30,413 nt of DNA from a virus. Taxonomy: Duplodnaviria; Caudoviricetes. The position numbers were made by a program, and so were the translations under genes. The stretch spans positions 1 through 30,413 of IMG/VR virus record IMGVR_UViG_3300033407_000088. The stretch is one strand, 5' to 3'. Below are positions 18,010 through 26,746 of the stretch, one piece after another (position 1 is the stretch's first letter; each line of letters opens with the position of its first letter). Below the pieces are notes generated by a model. That model did not search any database and was not told where the DNA came from. It saw only the letters and a list, made by a program, of their open reading frames with translations.

Positions 18010-18467
18010 TGCAGCTCGATAGTTTTAAAATCCCGTGCAAAAATCTAAAAGTGACCGGCAGCATGGAGTTGCGAACAGAGGACATTGCCGGGGAAACATC
18101 CGGTACCGACGTTGTTGAAAAAGGCATCAAACCCAAAGTTATCAGGGTTTCCGGTTCCATTCCGTTTGCCAAACAACAGGAACTGAAAGACCTGGTCAAA
18201 ACCGCTGAATCAAAAAACGACAAAGGCGAGCAAAAAATTTTCACCATCACCAACAGAACCGCCAATGCCGCGGGGATAAGACAGGTCCGTTTTGTTGAGC
18301 AATTGAGCTGGAATGAAGCCGATACTCTGCAGATGTGGGATGTCTCGTTTGCCCTGCAGGAATACATGAGTAATCCTGAACGGGTCGAAAAGCGGAAAGA
18401 CACCACCTCCCCGGCGAACACAAGCAGCAAATATTCACAGGTGCTTGACCAGGCCGGGAAATTATGA
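18006..18467 (+). CDS. Baseplate-associated tail protein
   Basis: ATGA coupling on both sides; D..G.TS.T...EKG.KPK and W.V.F.L.E..S.PE..E.R motifs typical of HP1-like tail genes. Confidence 0.7.
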   Translation: MMQLDSFKIPCKNLKVTGSMELRTEDIAGETSGTDVVEKGIKPKVIRVSGSIPFAKQQELKDLVKTAESKNDKGEQKIFTITNRTANAAGIRQVRFVEQLSWNEADTLQMWDVSFALQEYMSNPERVEKRKDTTSPANTSSKYSQVLDQAGKL

Positions 18468-19162
18468 AACTGGTTAAAGAACTGTCGATCAATGACAAAC
18501 CGGTTGGGCTTGTGGCGGAGCATGTTTACCTGGACATATCCACCCCGGGACGCGCTGATTTTACCGTACGAAACACAGCGCCTTTATCCGGCATTGTCCA
18601 TTTTGCCATAGGCGATGCCGGCAGTGGTAACCTGATTGATTTTTTCACCGGCTTCATCGTCCGCAGCAACACAGTTGACGGTGCACAGCAGCGTATATTT
18701 TGCCGCGAATTATCGGCGGTGCTCTGGTCAACTCTTCCTGTTTCGATTCGCAATGCATCCATGTCTGATGTGCTGGGTGTCTACGCTCGCAAAACTGGAC
18801 TTTCCTTTGTTAAGGTTGGCAAGCCCTACGCCACGACACCCTGCCCTGTTTTCCAGACTATAGCAAATGGGATTCACGGCCTCGATTCCCTGGGAAAGGT
18901 ATTCAATATTCCTAACTTCATTTGGCAGCAACAAGGGGACGGGGATATTTTTGTCGGCGACTGGAACGATAGCCGGTGGGCAGGAAAACCATTTTCTGTC
19001 GATGAAAGTTTTTTTCAGGATGTGCAGCTCGACGGTACAAAAACATTGCAGGTACTGCCGGGGTTGCGCCCTGGGGTAATGCTCAACGGTCAATACATTA
19101 CCAGTCTGCAGCTCAAAGAACATTTCATGGTGGTAACATGCGAGAAGCGATTAAGCGTATAG
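18464..19162 (+). CDS. Baseplate hub protein (gpD-like)
   Basis: PGRA.F, CREL, WQQQGDG..FVG.W..SRW and PGLRPG motifs. Confidence 0.72.
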   Translation: MKLVKELSINDKPVGLVAEHVYLDISTPGRADFTVRNTAPLSGIVHFAIGDAGSGNLIDFFTGFIVRSNTVDGAQQRIFCRELSAVLWSTLPVSIRNASMSDVLGVYARKTGLSFVKVGKPYATTPCPVFQTIANGIHGLDSLGKVFNIPNFIWQQQGDGDIFVGDWNDSRWAGKPFSVDESFFQDVQLDGTKTLQVLPGLRPGVMLNGQYITSLQLKEHFMVVTCEKRLSV

Positions 19163-19926
19163 TGTTGAGGATGTTTCCGGAACTGGCCGGAGGGTACCAC
19201 CTGGACCGGTACGCGCGGATTATCAAGATATCGGATCCACCGCCTGCAGGCGTAAAGTGTGATCGGTTCCGCCCTTACTTTGCCGCAGACATTGAAATTC
19301 TTACTCCGGACGGCGAGCCGGTACCGGATTTTCCAAAGTTTGAAGCGGTTCCACTTCCGGTTCCTGCAGGCGGAAATAGTGAAGGCTTTTTTCTTTGGCC
19401 CAGGCCAGGCACAATCGTAACCGTGAGATGGATTGAAGGACGCCCCGACCATCCCGTTATTCAGCACATTTACCCAATGGGTTTGACGCTGCCGGCAGTG
19501 CCCGATCACATGGGGAGATGGCAACAAAAAGAAGGCGTCCATCAAACCATCGATCCCTCCGGCAACTGGGAAAGAAAGACAGATGTGACAATTTCCGACA
19601 TTGCAACCGAGATTCAAGAAACCGCGTCCGGATCCAGAAGCGAAACAGTCGGAGAAAATTCAACCGAGACTGTCACCGGATCCAAAACAACGACGGCTGC
19701 AGCCTACCAGGTAACGGCACCCACCATCACAATCGGCGCTCCGAACGGAGGGGCAAGCCTGCTACCACTCATCACAACTGCCCTGAATGATATTAAATTG
19801 GCCCTCGACATCATAGCAGACCATACCCACCCAACGGACAACGCCATAAGCCCAAGTTCAGGAGCTATACACGGCAAGGCTACTAATGTCGGCACAAGCA
19901 ACGCCTCCATACAGACCTTGCAATAA
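19138..19926 (+). CDS. Baseplate spike protein (gpV-like)
   Basis: FPEL.GGYHL, P.PGT.V and G.PD.P motifs; Thr/Ser-rich beta repeats; HTH (HxH) tip motif. Confidence 0.72.
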   Translation: MREAIKRIVLRMFPELAGGYHLDRYARIIKISDPPPAGVKCDRFRPYFAADIEILTPDGEPVPDFPKFEAVPLPVPAGGNSEGFFLWPRPGTIVTVRWIEGRPDHPVIQHIYPMGLTLPAVPDHMGRWQQKEGVHQTIDPSGNWERKTDVTISDIATEIQETASGSRSETVGENSTETVTGSKTTTAAAYQVTAPTITIGAPNGGASLLPLITTALNDIKLALDIIADHTHPTDNAISPSSGAIHGKATNVGTSNASIQTLQ

Positions 19927-19989
19927 GCCTCGATTCACCTCGGCCGGAAACCTCTTTTTTTTGTTCCGGCCGTTGAAGCATAAAAAATA

Positions 19990-20037
19990 AAAACCGCTGA
20001 AAGCCTTTATCAATAAGCCTTCAGCGGTTTTCTTTTT
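19990..20037 (+). terminator. Terminator of the late tail operon (possibly bidirectional)
   Basis: AAAACCGCTGAA...TTCAGCGGTTTT followed by CTTTTT; a second hairpin CGGCCGGAA/TTCCGGCCG lies at 19941-19972. Confidence 0.7.
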
Positions 20038-20215
20038 GCAACAGGAAAAATCCAACTTTTGCCAAACTCTGCAATTCCTTGCAAACGTTGCAAGAGCCCA
20101 TGCCCCCACCATCCCTAGTGGCACCAAAGGATCAACCCCCCACAGCCAACCCTCGCTAATTGCAAAAAATAGCTCCAAACGCGTCGAAGGAGAGGTGTGG
20201 AGGAGTGATTTTTTT
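20036..20215 (+). other. Candidate cos (packaging) region
   Basis: GGTGTGGAGGAG at 20194-20205 resembles the P2/186 cos core GGCG(A/T)GGCGGGG; preceded by several TGCAA repeats; located after the last tail gene, as in HP1. Confidence 0.4.
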
Positions 20216-20277
20216 TTGGGGTTCGGGATTTTTTTTGATTTTCCTGCCACCTCCATTGCTGTCATGCCCCTTTTCGC

Positions 20278-20329
20278 TACACACGTGTGTAAATGTGTTG
20301 ACATTATTACACACGTGTGTAATTATATA
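20278..20329 (+). promoter_or_regulatory. hicAB promoter with two palindromic operators
   Basis: TACACACGTGTGTA at 20278-20291 and 20308-20321 flanking TTGACA (20298-20303), followed by an AT-rich -10 region. Confidence 0.8.
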
Positions 20330-20349
20330 TCCATCAACAGGGGAGAGAG

Positions 20350-20523
20350 ATGAAGAAACAGAAACTAATTAAAGAGCTCAAGGCAAAGGGGGCCAGTTTC
20401 GTGGGACACGGTGCCAATCATGAGATATGGGAAAGTAGAAACGGCTACAAGTTCACGGTTCCGCGGCACACTGAAATTAAAGAAGGTCTGGCTAAAACGA
20501 TTTTGAAACAAGCAGAAAAATAG
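20350..20523 (+). CDS. hicA: HicA-family mRNase toxin (57 aa, not in ORF track)
   Basis: MKKQKLIKELKAKGASFVGHGANHEIWESRNGYKFTVPRHTEIKEGLAKTILKQAEK, with G..H and VPRH.EI..G....I.KQ motifs; GGAGA SD. Confidence 0.92.
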   Translation: MKKQKLIKELKAKGASFVGHGANHEIWESRNGYKFTVPRHTEIKEGLAKTILKQAEK

Positions 20524-20554
20524 GAGAGAGGGCTGCAAGGCCCTTTATATTACC

Positions 20555-20986
20555 ATGTTGAAATATTATGCGATTTTTCATCCTGCCGAAGAAGGTGGCT
20601 ATTGGGTGAGCTTTCCGGATGCAGAGGCGGTGAACACCCAGGGCGACACCCTGGATGAGGCATTGGATATGGCGACTGACGCCCTTAGCGCAATACTGGT
20701 TCATGGCCGCAAAGGCCGTGAATATAGAGAACCATCAAGCTATGATATAGTGGCCGCTGAGGCCGGGCCGGGAGATCTGGTTTTTCCGGTAGTGCCGAAT
20801 GAAAAGATCATGGAGGAATACCGCCCGAAAAAGCGGGTTAATGTGATGCTGCCGGTGGATCGGCTGGACACTATCGCCGACATTATCAAGGAAAGCGAAG
20901 GCCTCGACCGTTCGAAGTTTATAACCCAGGCTATTGATTACTATGTCGATAACCTGGGTCGGGGTGATCATTCTGCAAAGGCATGA
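20555..20986 (+). CDS. hicB: HicB-family antitoxin with RHH C-terminus
   Basis: Y.AIF...EEGGY.V.FPD....TQGDT..EA..MA.DAL; KRVNV.LP...RSKFI..A. Confidence 0.93.
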   Translation: MLKYYAIFHPAEEGGYWVSFPDAEAVNTQGDTLDEALDMATDALSAILVHGRKGREYREPSSYDIVAAEAGPGDLVFPVVPNEKIMEEYRPKKRVNVMLPVDRLDTIADIIKESEGLDRSKFITQAIDYYVDNLGRGDHSAKA

Positions 20987-21891
20987 GCTGCTTTCACTGC
21001 TTTGATAAAATCCGCTTCGTTTATGATGAGTGTATTGCAGTCTGGGTTGTTGGTTTTATTTCGCATTACACCTTCTATTTTCCTGCCATATGTGGAGTAG
21101 ATCCATGCTGGTGAAGACTTGGCTCCAATGACAAGATAGTCAAGGGAGAGCACTATGCTCTTGTGTGGAATACCGCCGAGTTTGGCTACAATATTAGATA
21201 AATCTATTCTCTGCCCTGATGCGGCGGGGCCGGTGAAGCAAAAAATCTTATTTATGAATGTAATATCTGGATCTGATTCACAAATTGAATTTATGGAATT
21301 AAAAATAGGGCTGTCACATTTAAGGTACGATTTGTTTTTGTATTTTTCGTCATGGATAGTCTGATCGTCAGCCCTTTGTTCTATAAAGTCTGTAAAAAAA
21401 TCAAGCAGAAAAGCTTCTTCCTTTGCGTCAACCGTCCCGTCCTTAAGGATTTTCTTGATATGTTTTCTCAGATCTTTTAACGGCCACCAATCTGCATATG
21501 CGTCATATTTTTTCAGCCATACCTGTAAGCCAAGAATCTCTTGCGTATTTATTCTACTGTCGGCAACAATTCCAGTAACCATGCCGTGCAGGTGTCTTAT
21601 TATCCACGTTATGTCATCCATAAAGCCAATGTTCTGCCCAACATCTTGGCAAATTTCGAGAAGGATCTCCTTTTCTTCATCATCAATCACACCATCGGCG
21701 ATAATCGCGAGTATAAGGGCATCCAAGCTTTTGAACGGTTCAAGGTCGTATAAGCTGCTATGACTTTCTATCCAATCCCCGAGAGCTACAATCTCTTTGT
21801 CGTTGAGCTGGTTGTCAAGCGCAATCCCCTGAAGGATCCCGTATAAACGTTGAGTTGTTTTGTTGATATAGTTTTCTGATGCTATGGTCAT
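20968..21891 (-). CDS. BRCT-domain protein with two N-terminal TerB-like helical repeats
   Basis: Duplicated L.G...GI..D...N..EI..L..W...P......I..DG..D..E unit; BRCT motifs FCFTG, LGG, DYLVIG and YGRKI. Confidence 0.82.
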   Translation of the reverse strand: MTIASENYINKTTQRLYGILQGIALDNQLNDKEIVALGDWIESHSSLYDLEPFKSLDALILAIIADGVIDDEEKEILLEICQDVGQNIGFMDDITWIIRHLHGMVTGIVADSRINTQEILGLQVWLKKYDAYADWWPLKDLRKHIKKILKDGTVDAKEEAFLLDFFTDFIEQRADDQTIHDEKYKNKSYLKCDSPIFNSINSICESDPDITFINKIFCFTGPAASGQRIDLSNIVAKLGGIPHKSIVLSLDYLVIGAKSSPAWIYSTYGRKIEGVMRNKTNNPDCNTLIINEADFIKAVKAAHAFAE

Positions 21892-22283
21892 GCTTCAACT
21901 CCATGATTTATATTTATTATTACCAGGCCACCGTACCGTGACCTCATTATCCGGCAACGGCGGATAACCAAACAGCCGAAGGAGTTAGCGGCATACACAA
22001 AATTACGTGGACCTTCGCCTGCAAGTACCTCTTCGCGGATCTGGTTGAACCGCTCCGTAAAACCATCAATAAAAAAGGAAGGGAAAAGAGTACCTATCAC
22101 TTCCTCAGTTTGCAGGATTGGAGAGTTTACCATGTCCGTCACTTGCCCTGACTGATCAGTCAAAAAGACGGTACCCGGGAACTCGCGATAAATTGAGTTG
22201 TGCTCTATTCGTTGGTCCCTTCCTTCTGTTGTTTGAACCCCACGTTCTCTTTTTGTTTGCCGCCTTTTTCGATGTTTTCCCAA
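21888..22283 (-). CDS. Hypothetical protein, possibly PAS-like; start uncertain
   Basis: Stop coupled (ATGA) to the BRCT gene; FPGTVFLTDQSGQV...N......EEVIG pattern; TTG start overlaps the repressor 3' end. Confidence 0.55.
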   Translation of the reverse strand: MGKHRKRRQTKRERGVQTTEGRDQRIEHNSIYREFPGTVFLTDQSGQVTDMVNSPILQTEEVIGTLFPSFFIDGFTERFNQIREEVLAGEGPRNFVYAANSFGCLVIRRCRIMRSRYGGLVIININHGVEA

Positions 22284-22666
22284 TTTGTTGCAGTGGCCTT
22301 TGCTGCCTCATAGGCTCCGGTTATGTAGGTTGCCACCATCTCGAAGGCTTTTGGACTCATTCTTTCCAATTCGGCTAAGCGTTTGGTGATTTCTCGGCCA
22401 CGCTGCCAATCTCTAAACTTCACGTCATCATCTGGCGAGAAGTCGTCTACAGCCATCATCTTAAGGACTTGTAGTGGACCAAATACAATCGCAACGGCCT
22501 TAAGATGGAAAGCATTTACAGGCTTACCACGCCTGATTTCGTTAATAAAACTAGACGATTTTCCTATTGATTTCGCTAGTTTTGTGGCAACACCGCGCTC
22601 AGAATCAAGAAGTGCAATAAAGTTTGCAGAAAGATCTTCTCTATATTTTGTTCCGTCTATCGACAT
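22205..22666 (-). CDS. CI-like immunity repressor (XRE HTH)
   Basis: ATKLAKSIGKSSSFINEIRRGK helix-turn-helix; divergent from the Cro-like gene. Confidence 0.75.
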   Translation of the reverse strand: MSIDGTKYREDLSANFIALLDSERGVATKLAKSIGKSSSFINEIRRGKPVNAFHLKAVAIVFGPLQVLKMMAVDDFSPDDDVKFRDWQRGREITKRLAELERMSPKAFEMVATYITGAYEAAKATATNWENIEKGGKQKENVGFKQQKEGTNE

Positions 22667-22673
22667 TATTTAT

Positions 22674-22702
22674 TTGACCTTAGTCGTCTATGGTGATACA
22701 AC
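22674..22702 (+). promoter_or_regulatory. Putative lytic (rightward) promoter
   Basis: TTGACC-N17-TACAAC with extended TG, in the cI/cro intergenic region. Confidence 0.5.
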
Positions 22703-22755
22703 GTTATTAAGTTCATTATTTAGTTTAACTCAATCACAAAAAGAGAGCCGTTACA

Positions 22756-23001
22756 ATGAAAAAGCCAATGTCCGCAATCGAAATCAAACACGCCCTTGCA
22801 AAAGCAGGCTCCAGCCAGGCCGAGATAGCAGACGACCTGGAGGTATCCAACTCACTCGTTAGCCAGGTGATCAGAAACTCATCTACCAGTCACCGCGTCC
22901 GGTGCTATATCGCTGATAAAATTAAACTTCCGGTTGAGGAGGTCTTTGAAATCAAAAAGAACCCGACCAAACCCGGCCCGAAACGTCACAAAACAATATA
23001 A
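22756..23001 (+). CDS. Cro/Cox/Ner-like HTH regulator
   Basis: IK.AL...G.SQAEIA..LEVS...VSQVI. Confidence 0.8.
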   Translation: MKKPMSAIEIKHALAKAGSSQAEIADDLEVSNSLVSQVIRNSSTSHRVRCYIADKIKLPVEEVFEIKKNPTKPGPKRHKTI

Positions 23002-23048
23002 GACACCAATTTTCCACAAATTATTACCGTAAATTAGGAGAAAGAATC

Positions 23049-23525
23049 ATGTACGACGCTGAACAGATAAAGGTTCTTGGAATCGTCCAGGAAACGGTCA
23101 AGGGCCACGGTGTGAAGATGCTTGCGGACAAGCTGCAGATCACCCCACAAACTCTTTACGCCGATGTCGATCCAAAAAGTATCGGCCGGAGAACAAACAA
23201 GCTCGGTCTGCTTGACTGGCTGGTTACCCTCAAAGAGACAAAAGACTTTTCCAGCCTAGAGGAAGCAAACAGGTTGTTCAACCGAATTGCCCTCCCTATC
23301 CCCCACCCAACGGAGGTCATGAACGAAATGAGCTGGATGTCGTTTTGCGCCACAGTCGCCAAGGAATCGGGCGAAGCGGTTGCCGAGCTCGCCAACTCCA
23401 TACTCGACGGCGACATGAGCAAATCGGAACTGGCACGATGTGAAAAACAAACCATGGACGCACTCGAGGCGTTCGCCGGTCTTTATCTGGTCATCAAGAA
23501 CCGCAGGCTGCAGGGACAACAATAA
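23049..23525 (+). CDS. CII-like regulatory protein (186/HP1 type)
   Basis: LA......QTL....P...KL; KESGE.......DG.....E motifs; position after cro. Confidence 0.75.
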   Translation: MYDAEQIKVLGIVQETVKGHGVKMLADKLQITPQTLYADVDPKSIGRRTNKLGLLDWLVTLKETKDFSSLEEANRLFNRIALPIPHPTEVMNEMSWMSFCATVAKESGEAVAELANSILDGDMSKSELARCEKQTMDALEAFAGLYLVIKNRRLQGQQ

Positions 23526-23593
23526 TCTAATAGGGCGGAGTGTTTGGGGTGGGGGCCGCAAACAAGCTCAGGGACAACAGAAAGGAAGAGAGA

Positions 23594-23788
23594 ATGAGCA
23601 GCACACAAGTAGCCTACACGGAAGAGCACATTGAATATATCAAACAGGTCCTCGTCAGTAACAGTCAGACCATCGCTTTTTTGCTTTTGAGCCTGGCTGA
23701 AAACGACATAAAGATTCCACCCTGCACAAGTGCCGACGAAATAGCAACCTGCCTCAGAATATTAGAGACGGAGGCGCAATATGTTTGA
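23594..23788 (+). CDS. Hypothetical protein
   Basis: ATG after a purine-rich SD; stop overlaps the primase start. Confidence 0.55.
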   Translation: MSSTQVAYTEEHIEYIKQVLVSNSQTIAFLLLSLAENDIKIPPCTSADEIATCLRILETEAQYV

Positions 23789-26414
23789 CGGTAACGATTC
23801 GAGTCGAGCGGACGAAATCGTTCGGGCTCTGCTCCAGGACAGCCGCTTCAACTTCACCGACCGGAGCGGATATTTACGGCAAGGTGTTTGTCCGGATTGC
23901 GGCAAGAAAGAACTCTATGTCCGTAAATCCGAACCGTGGCGCATCGCCTGCGGCCGGGAAAACAAATGCGGCTCATCATGGACAACCAAGGAGCTACTGC
24001 CTCAGTTGTTCGAAAACTATATCAAACGGTTTCCCCCGACATCAGAAAATCCAAAGGCCACGGCGGATGCATACCTGACCGAGGATCGCGGCTTCAATAT
24101 GACCCGCTGCCGGACTTGGTATGATCAGGAGACTTACAGGCTCGAAGGAAATGGGGAGGCTGTGCCGACCGTCCGTTTTTATCTCGACCAAGAGCGAACA
24201 CGATATTGGGAGCGATTAATCGGCAAAACCAAAGCCGATGGACAAAAAGCCAATATCGGCGGAAAGCGAAAACCAGACACGTCCATGTTCCGTGGCGATG
24301 CCTGGACCCCTCCGGGACAGGAACTACAGCCAGGTGATCAGTGTTACATCACCGAAGGCATTTTCCACGCCATCGCCCTCGAACATGCAGGGAAAAAGGT
24401 AGCTGCAGCAATTTCCAGTGTAAATTTTGCATCCAACCTTATCGAAGCCAACAAAGGAAAAGACATAACCTGGATACTTGCCCTGGACGGCGACAAGTCC
24501 GGCCGGCGGTATATGGAAAAGCACCGCAAGATATTGCTTGAGATGGAGGAAAAGGTCGAAATCTGCCTCCTGCAAAACGGTCAAAAGGATTGGGACGATT
24601 TTTGGAAGGAAGGGAAATTAAACGACAAACTGCTTGAAGAGTGCCTTTACCAGGGAACCCTCTTCACCTCGGAGAGCGTCGAGAAAAAATGCTGGCGAAT
24701 CTTTTGTAAATTCCCGACCAAAACCCACCATGTCGTTGATTTCCGAAACGCCATTTATTCCGTAAAGATCGATTCCAAATTTTCGTCAGAGCTGCAGGAA
24801 ATGGGTATCAATCTGGAATCGGATAGGGGCCTGGATATGTTCAAGACCCATTGTTCCGTTGATATGTCCTGTAATGTTTCCCCAACGTTTTTGTATATGG
24901 AAAAAGATTTGCTCCTTGATGAGCAAAAATACGTTTTCCAGATCGACTATAAAAACGGCACCAACTCTAAAATAATGGGCCTCGACGGTACATCGCTTAC
25001 CAGCGGCGATGCCTTCCATAAAGCCCTGCTCAACAACACCAACGGCGGACGCTACACCGGCGACAGCAAAACATTTTCTATTCTCACCAAGAAGTGGCTG
25101 GACCGGCGCATGCTCGAAGTGCAGTCCATCCCTTTTATCGGCTACGAAAAAAAGTCCAAAGCATACGTTTACCATGACAACGCTTTCCAGTCCGGACGGA
25201 AAGTCAAACTCAACGAACATGGGTATTTCGAGATGAGCAATATTGGGATCAAGACCAGCCTCGGCGCTGTTGTTGTTAAAACCGATGGCGATTTTTCAAC
25301 GGAGTGGTTGCCCAACTTTATCAAGGCGTTTCACTACCAGGGCGTGGCCGTTTTGGCCTTTTTTCTCGGTACCCTGTTTGCTCAGCAAATAAGGGAAAAG
25401 CACAAAAGCTTTCCTTTCCTGGAATTTACCGGGGAACCAGGCTCCGGAAAATCCACAGTCCTTGAATTTTGCTGGAAGCTGGTAGGCCGGGATGAGTACG
25501 AAGGCTTTGATATTGCCAAGTCCACCCCCGCAGGAAGGCGGCGAGCATTCAACCAGGTTTCGAACCTGCCGATTGTAATCATCGAATCCGATCGGGACCG
25601 GGGCGACAACGAGAAACGCCCTCAACAATTCGACTTTGACGAATGCAAACCTTTTTATAACGGCCGGTCAACCGGTACCCTGGGTATCGCCACCAGAAGC
25701 AATGATGTCGATGAGCAGCTTTTTCAGGCTTCATTATTGATCAGTCAGAATGCCGAGGTGGACGGATCCGAGGCGCTCTTGCAAAGGATTGTCCATTGCC
25801 ATGTAGACAAAAAGCACCACGGCGAAGGAACAAGGGATCTGGCGAGATGGTTTGAAAAGCAGAGTGCGGCAAGTGTGGGCGGTTTCCTCGAAGTTGCTCT
25901 GAAGAACGAAAAGAGAATCCTGGACACCTACTTTACCGCCTTCAAAAAATTTGAGGCCGGTTTATCCGCAACCGATATCAGGAATGAGCGAATCATTAAA
26001 AACCATGCGCAGATAGCAGCCTGCGCCCAGGCCCTGACCGTTATTTTCCCAAACATCAACCAGGCCACGATTGACCACTTTTGCGCTTACCTCGAAATCA
26101 GAGCAAAGGCCAGAGAAGAACGCATTGCCGCCGATCACCCGATTATCGAGAAGTTTTGGGAAACCTTCCATTACATCAACGACAAAAGCAAAGAGGGCAA
26201 TGTCCTGGATCATTCAGAGCTCGAAAAAGAGATTGCAATCAACCTGAACAGTTTCCGGGCCAACTGTATCGATTATGGGCAAGAGCTCATCGACCTGACC
26301 CAGCTCAAGAAAATTTTACCAGCCAGCAAGCGACACAAATTTATCGGCAGAAATAGATCGGTTTGGAGCAAGCACCTAAAAAAATCAATCAAGTGCTGGA
26401 TCTTTCAAAAATAA
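23781..26414 (+). CDS. Zn-finger/TOPRIM primase-helicase replication protein (P4 alpha-like architecture)
   Basis: CPDC...CGRENKC; ITEGIFHAIAL and LDGD (TOPRIM); GEPGSGKST Walker A; IVIIESD Walker B. Confidence 0.9.
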   Translation: MFDGNDSSRADEIVRALLQDSRFNFTDRSGYLRQGVCPDCGKKELYVRKSEPWRIACGRENKCGSSWTTKELLPQLFENYIKRFPPTSENPKATADAYLTEDRGFNMTRCRTWYDQETYRLEGNGEAVPTVRFYLDQERTRYWERLIGKTKADGQKANIGGKRKPDTSMFRGDAWTPPGQELQPGDQCYITEGIFHAIALEHAGKKVAAAISSVNFASNLIEANKGKDITWILALDGDKSGRRYMEKHRKILLEMEEKVEICLLQNGQKDWDDFWKEGKLNDKLLEECLYQGTLFTSESVEKKCWRIFCKFPTKTHHVVDFRNAIYSVKIDSKFSSELQEMGINLESDRGLDMFKTHCSVDMSCNVSPTFLYMEKDLLLDEQKYVFQIDYKNGTNSKIMGLDGTSLTSGDAFHKALLNNTNGGRYTGDSKTFSILTKKWLDRRMLEVQSIPFIGYEKKSKAYVYHDNAFQSGRKVKLNEHGYFEMSNIGIKTSLGAVVVKTDGDFSTEWLPNFIKAFHYQGVAVLAFFLGTLFAQQIREKHKSFPFLEFTGEPGSGKSTVLEFCWKLVGRDEYEGFDIAKSTPAGRRRAFNQVSNLPIVIIESDRDRGDNEKRPQQFDFDECKPFYNGRSTGTLGIATRSNDVDEQLFQASLLISQNAEVDGSEALLQRIVHCHVDKKHHGEGTRDLARWFEKQSAASVGGFLEVALKNEKRILDTYFTAFKKFEAGLSATDIRNERIIKNHAQIAACAQALTVIFPNINQATIDHFCAYLEIRAKAREERIAADHPIIEKFWETFHYINDKSKEGNVLDHSELEKEIAINLNSFRANCIDYGQELIDLTQLKKILPASKRHKFIGRNRSVWSKHLKKSIKCWIFQK

Positions 26415-26427
26415 TTCAGGAGAGACA

Positions 26428-26730
26428 ATGAGGACATTAATTCTACCAGTAAAACAGATTTATTTTGAACAAATCGAATCAGGCCAGAAAAACGAAGAAT
26501 ACCGGCTGGTAACTCCATATTGGAGCAAACGGCTTGAAAATAAATCTTACGACAGGGTGATCGTCACCCTTGGCTATCCATCAAAGGAAGATGCCACAAA
26601 ACACCTGGAATTTCCATGGAAGGGCGTAAAGAAGAAGATCATCCAGCATGAGGAATTCGGCCCGGGAGAAAAGGAAGTTTTCGTAATCCCGGTCGGAAAG
26701 GAATTCGGCAGGCAACTCAATTTATTTTAA
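26428..26730 (+). CDS. ASCH-domain protein
   Basis: L.L.VK..YFEQI.SG.K.EEYR...YW..RL. Confidence 0.88.
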   Translation: MRTLILPVKQIYFEQIESGQKNEEYRLVTPYWSKRLENKSYDRVIVTLGYPSKEDATKHLEFPWKGVKKKIIQHEEFGPGEKEVFVIPVGKEFGRQLNLF

Positions 26731-26746
26731 AGGACGGAGGTTTAGC

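Noticed and set aside
19858-20372. ORFs 19858-20304, 20036-20353 and 20160-20372
   Set aside because: They span the terminator, the cos candidate and the hicAB promoter and have no protein-like features.
20968-21891. NAD-dependent DNA ligase
   Set aside because: Only a BRCT domain is shared; there is no KxDG adenylation domain in a ligase context and the protein is too short.
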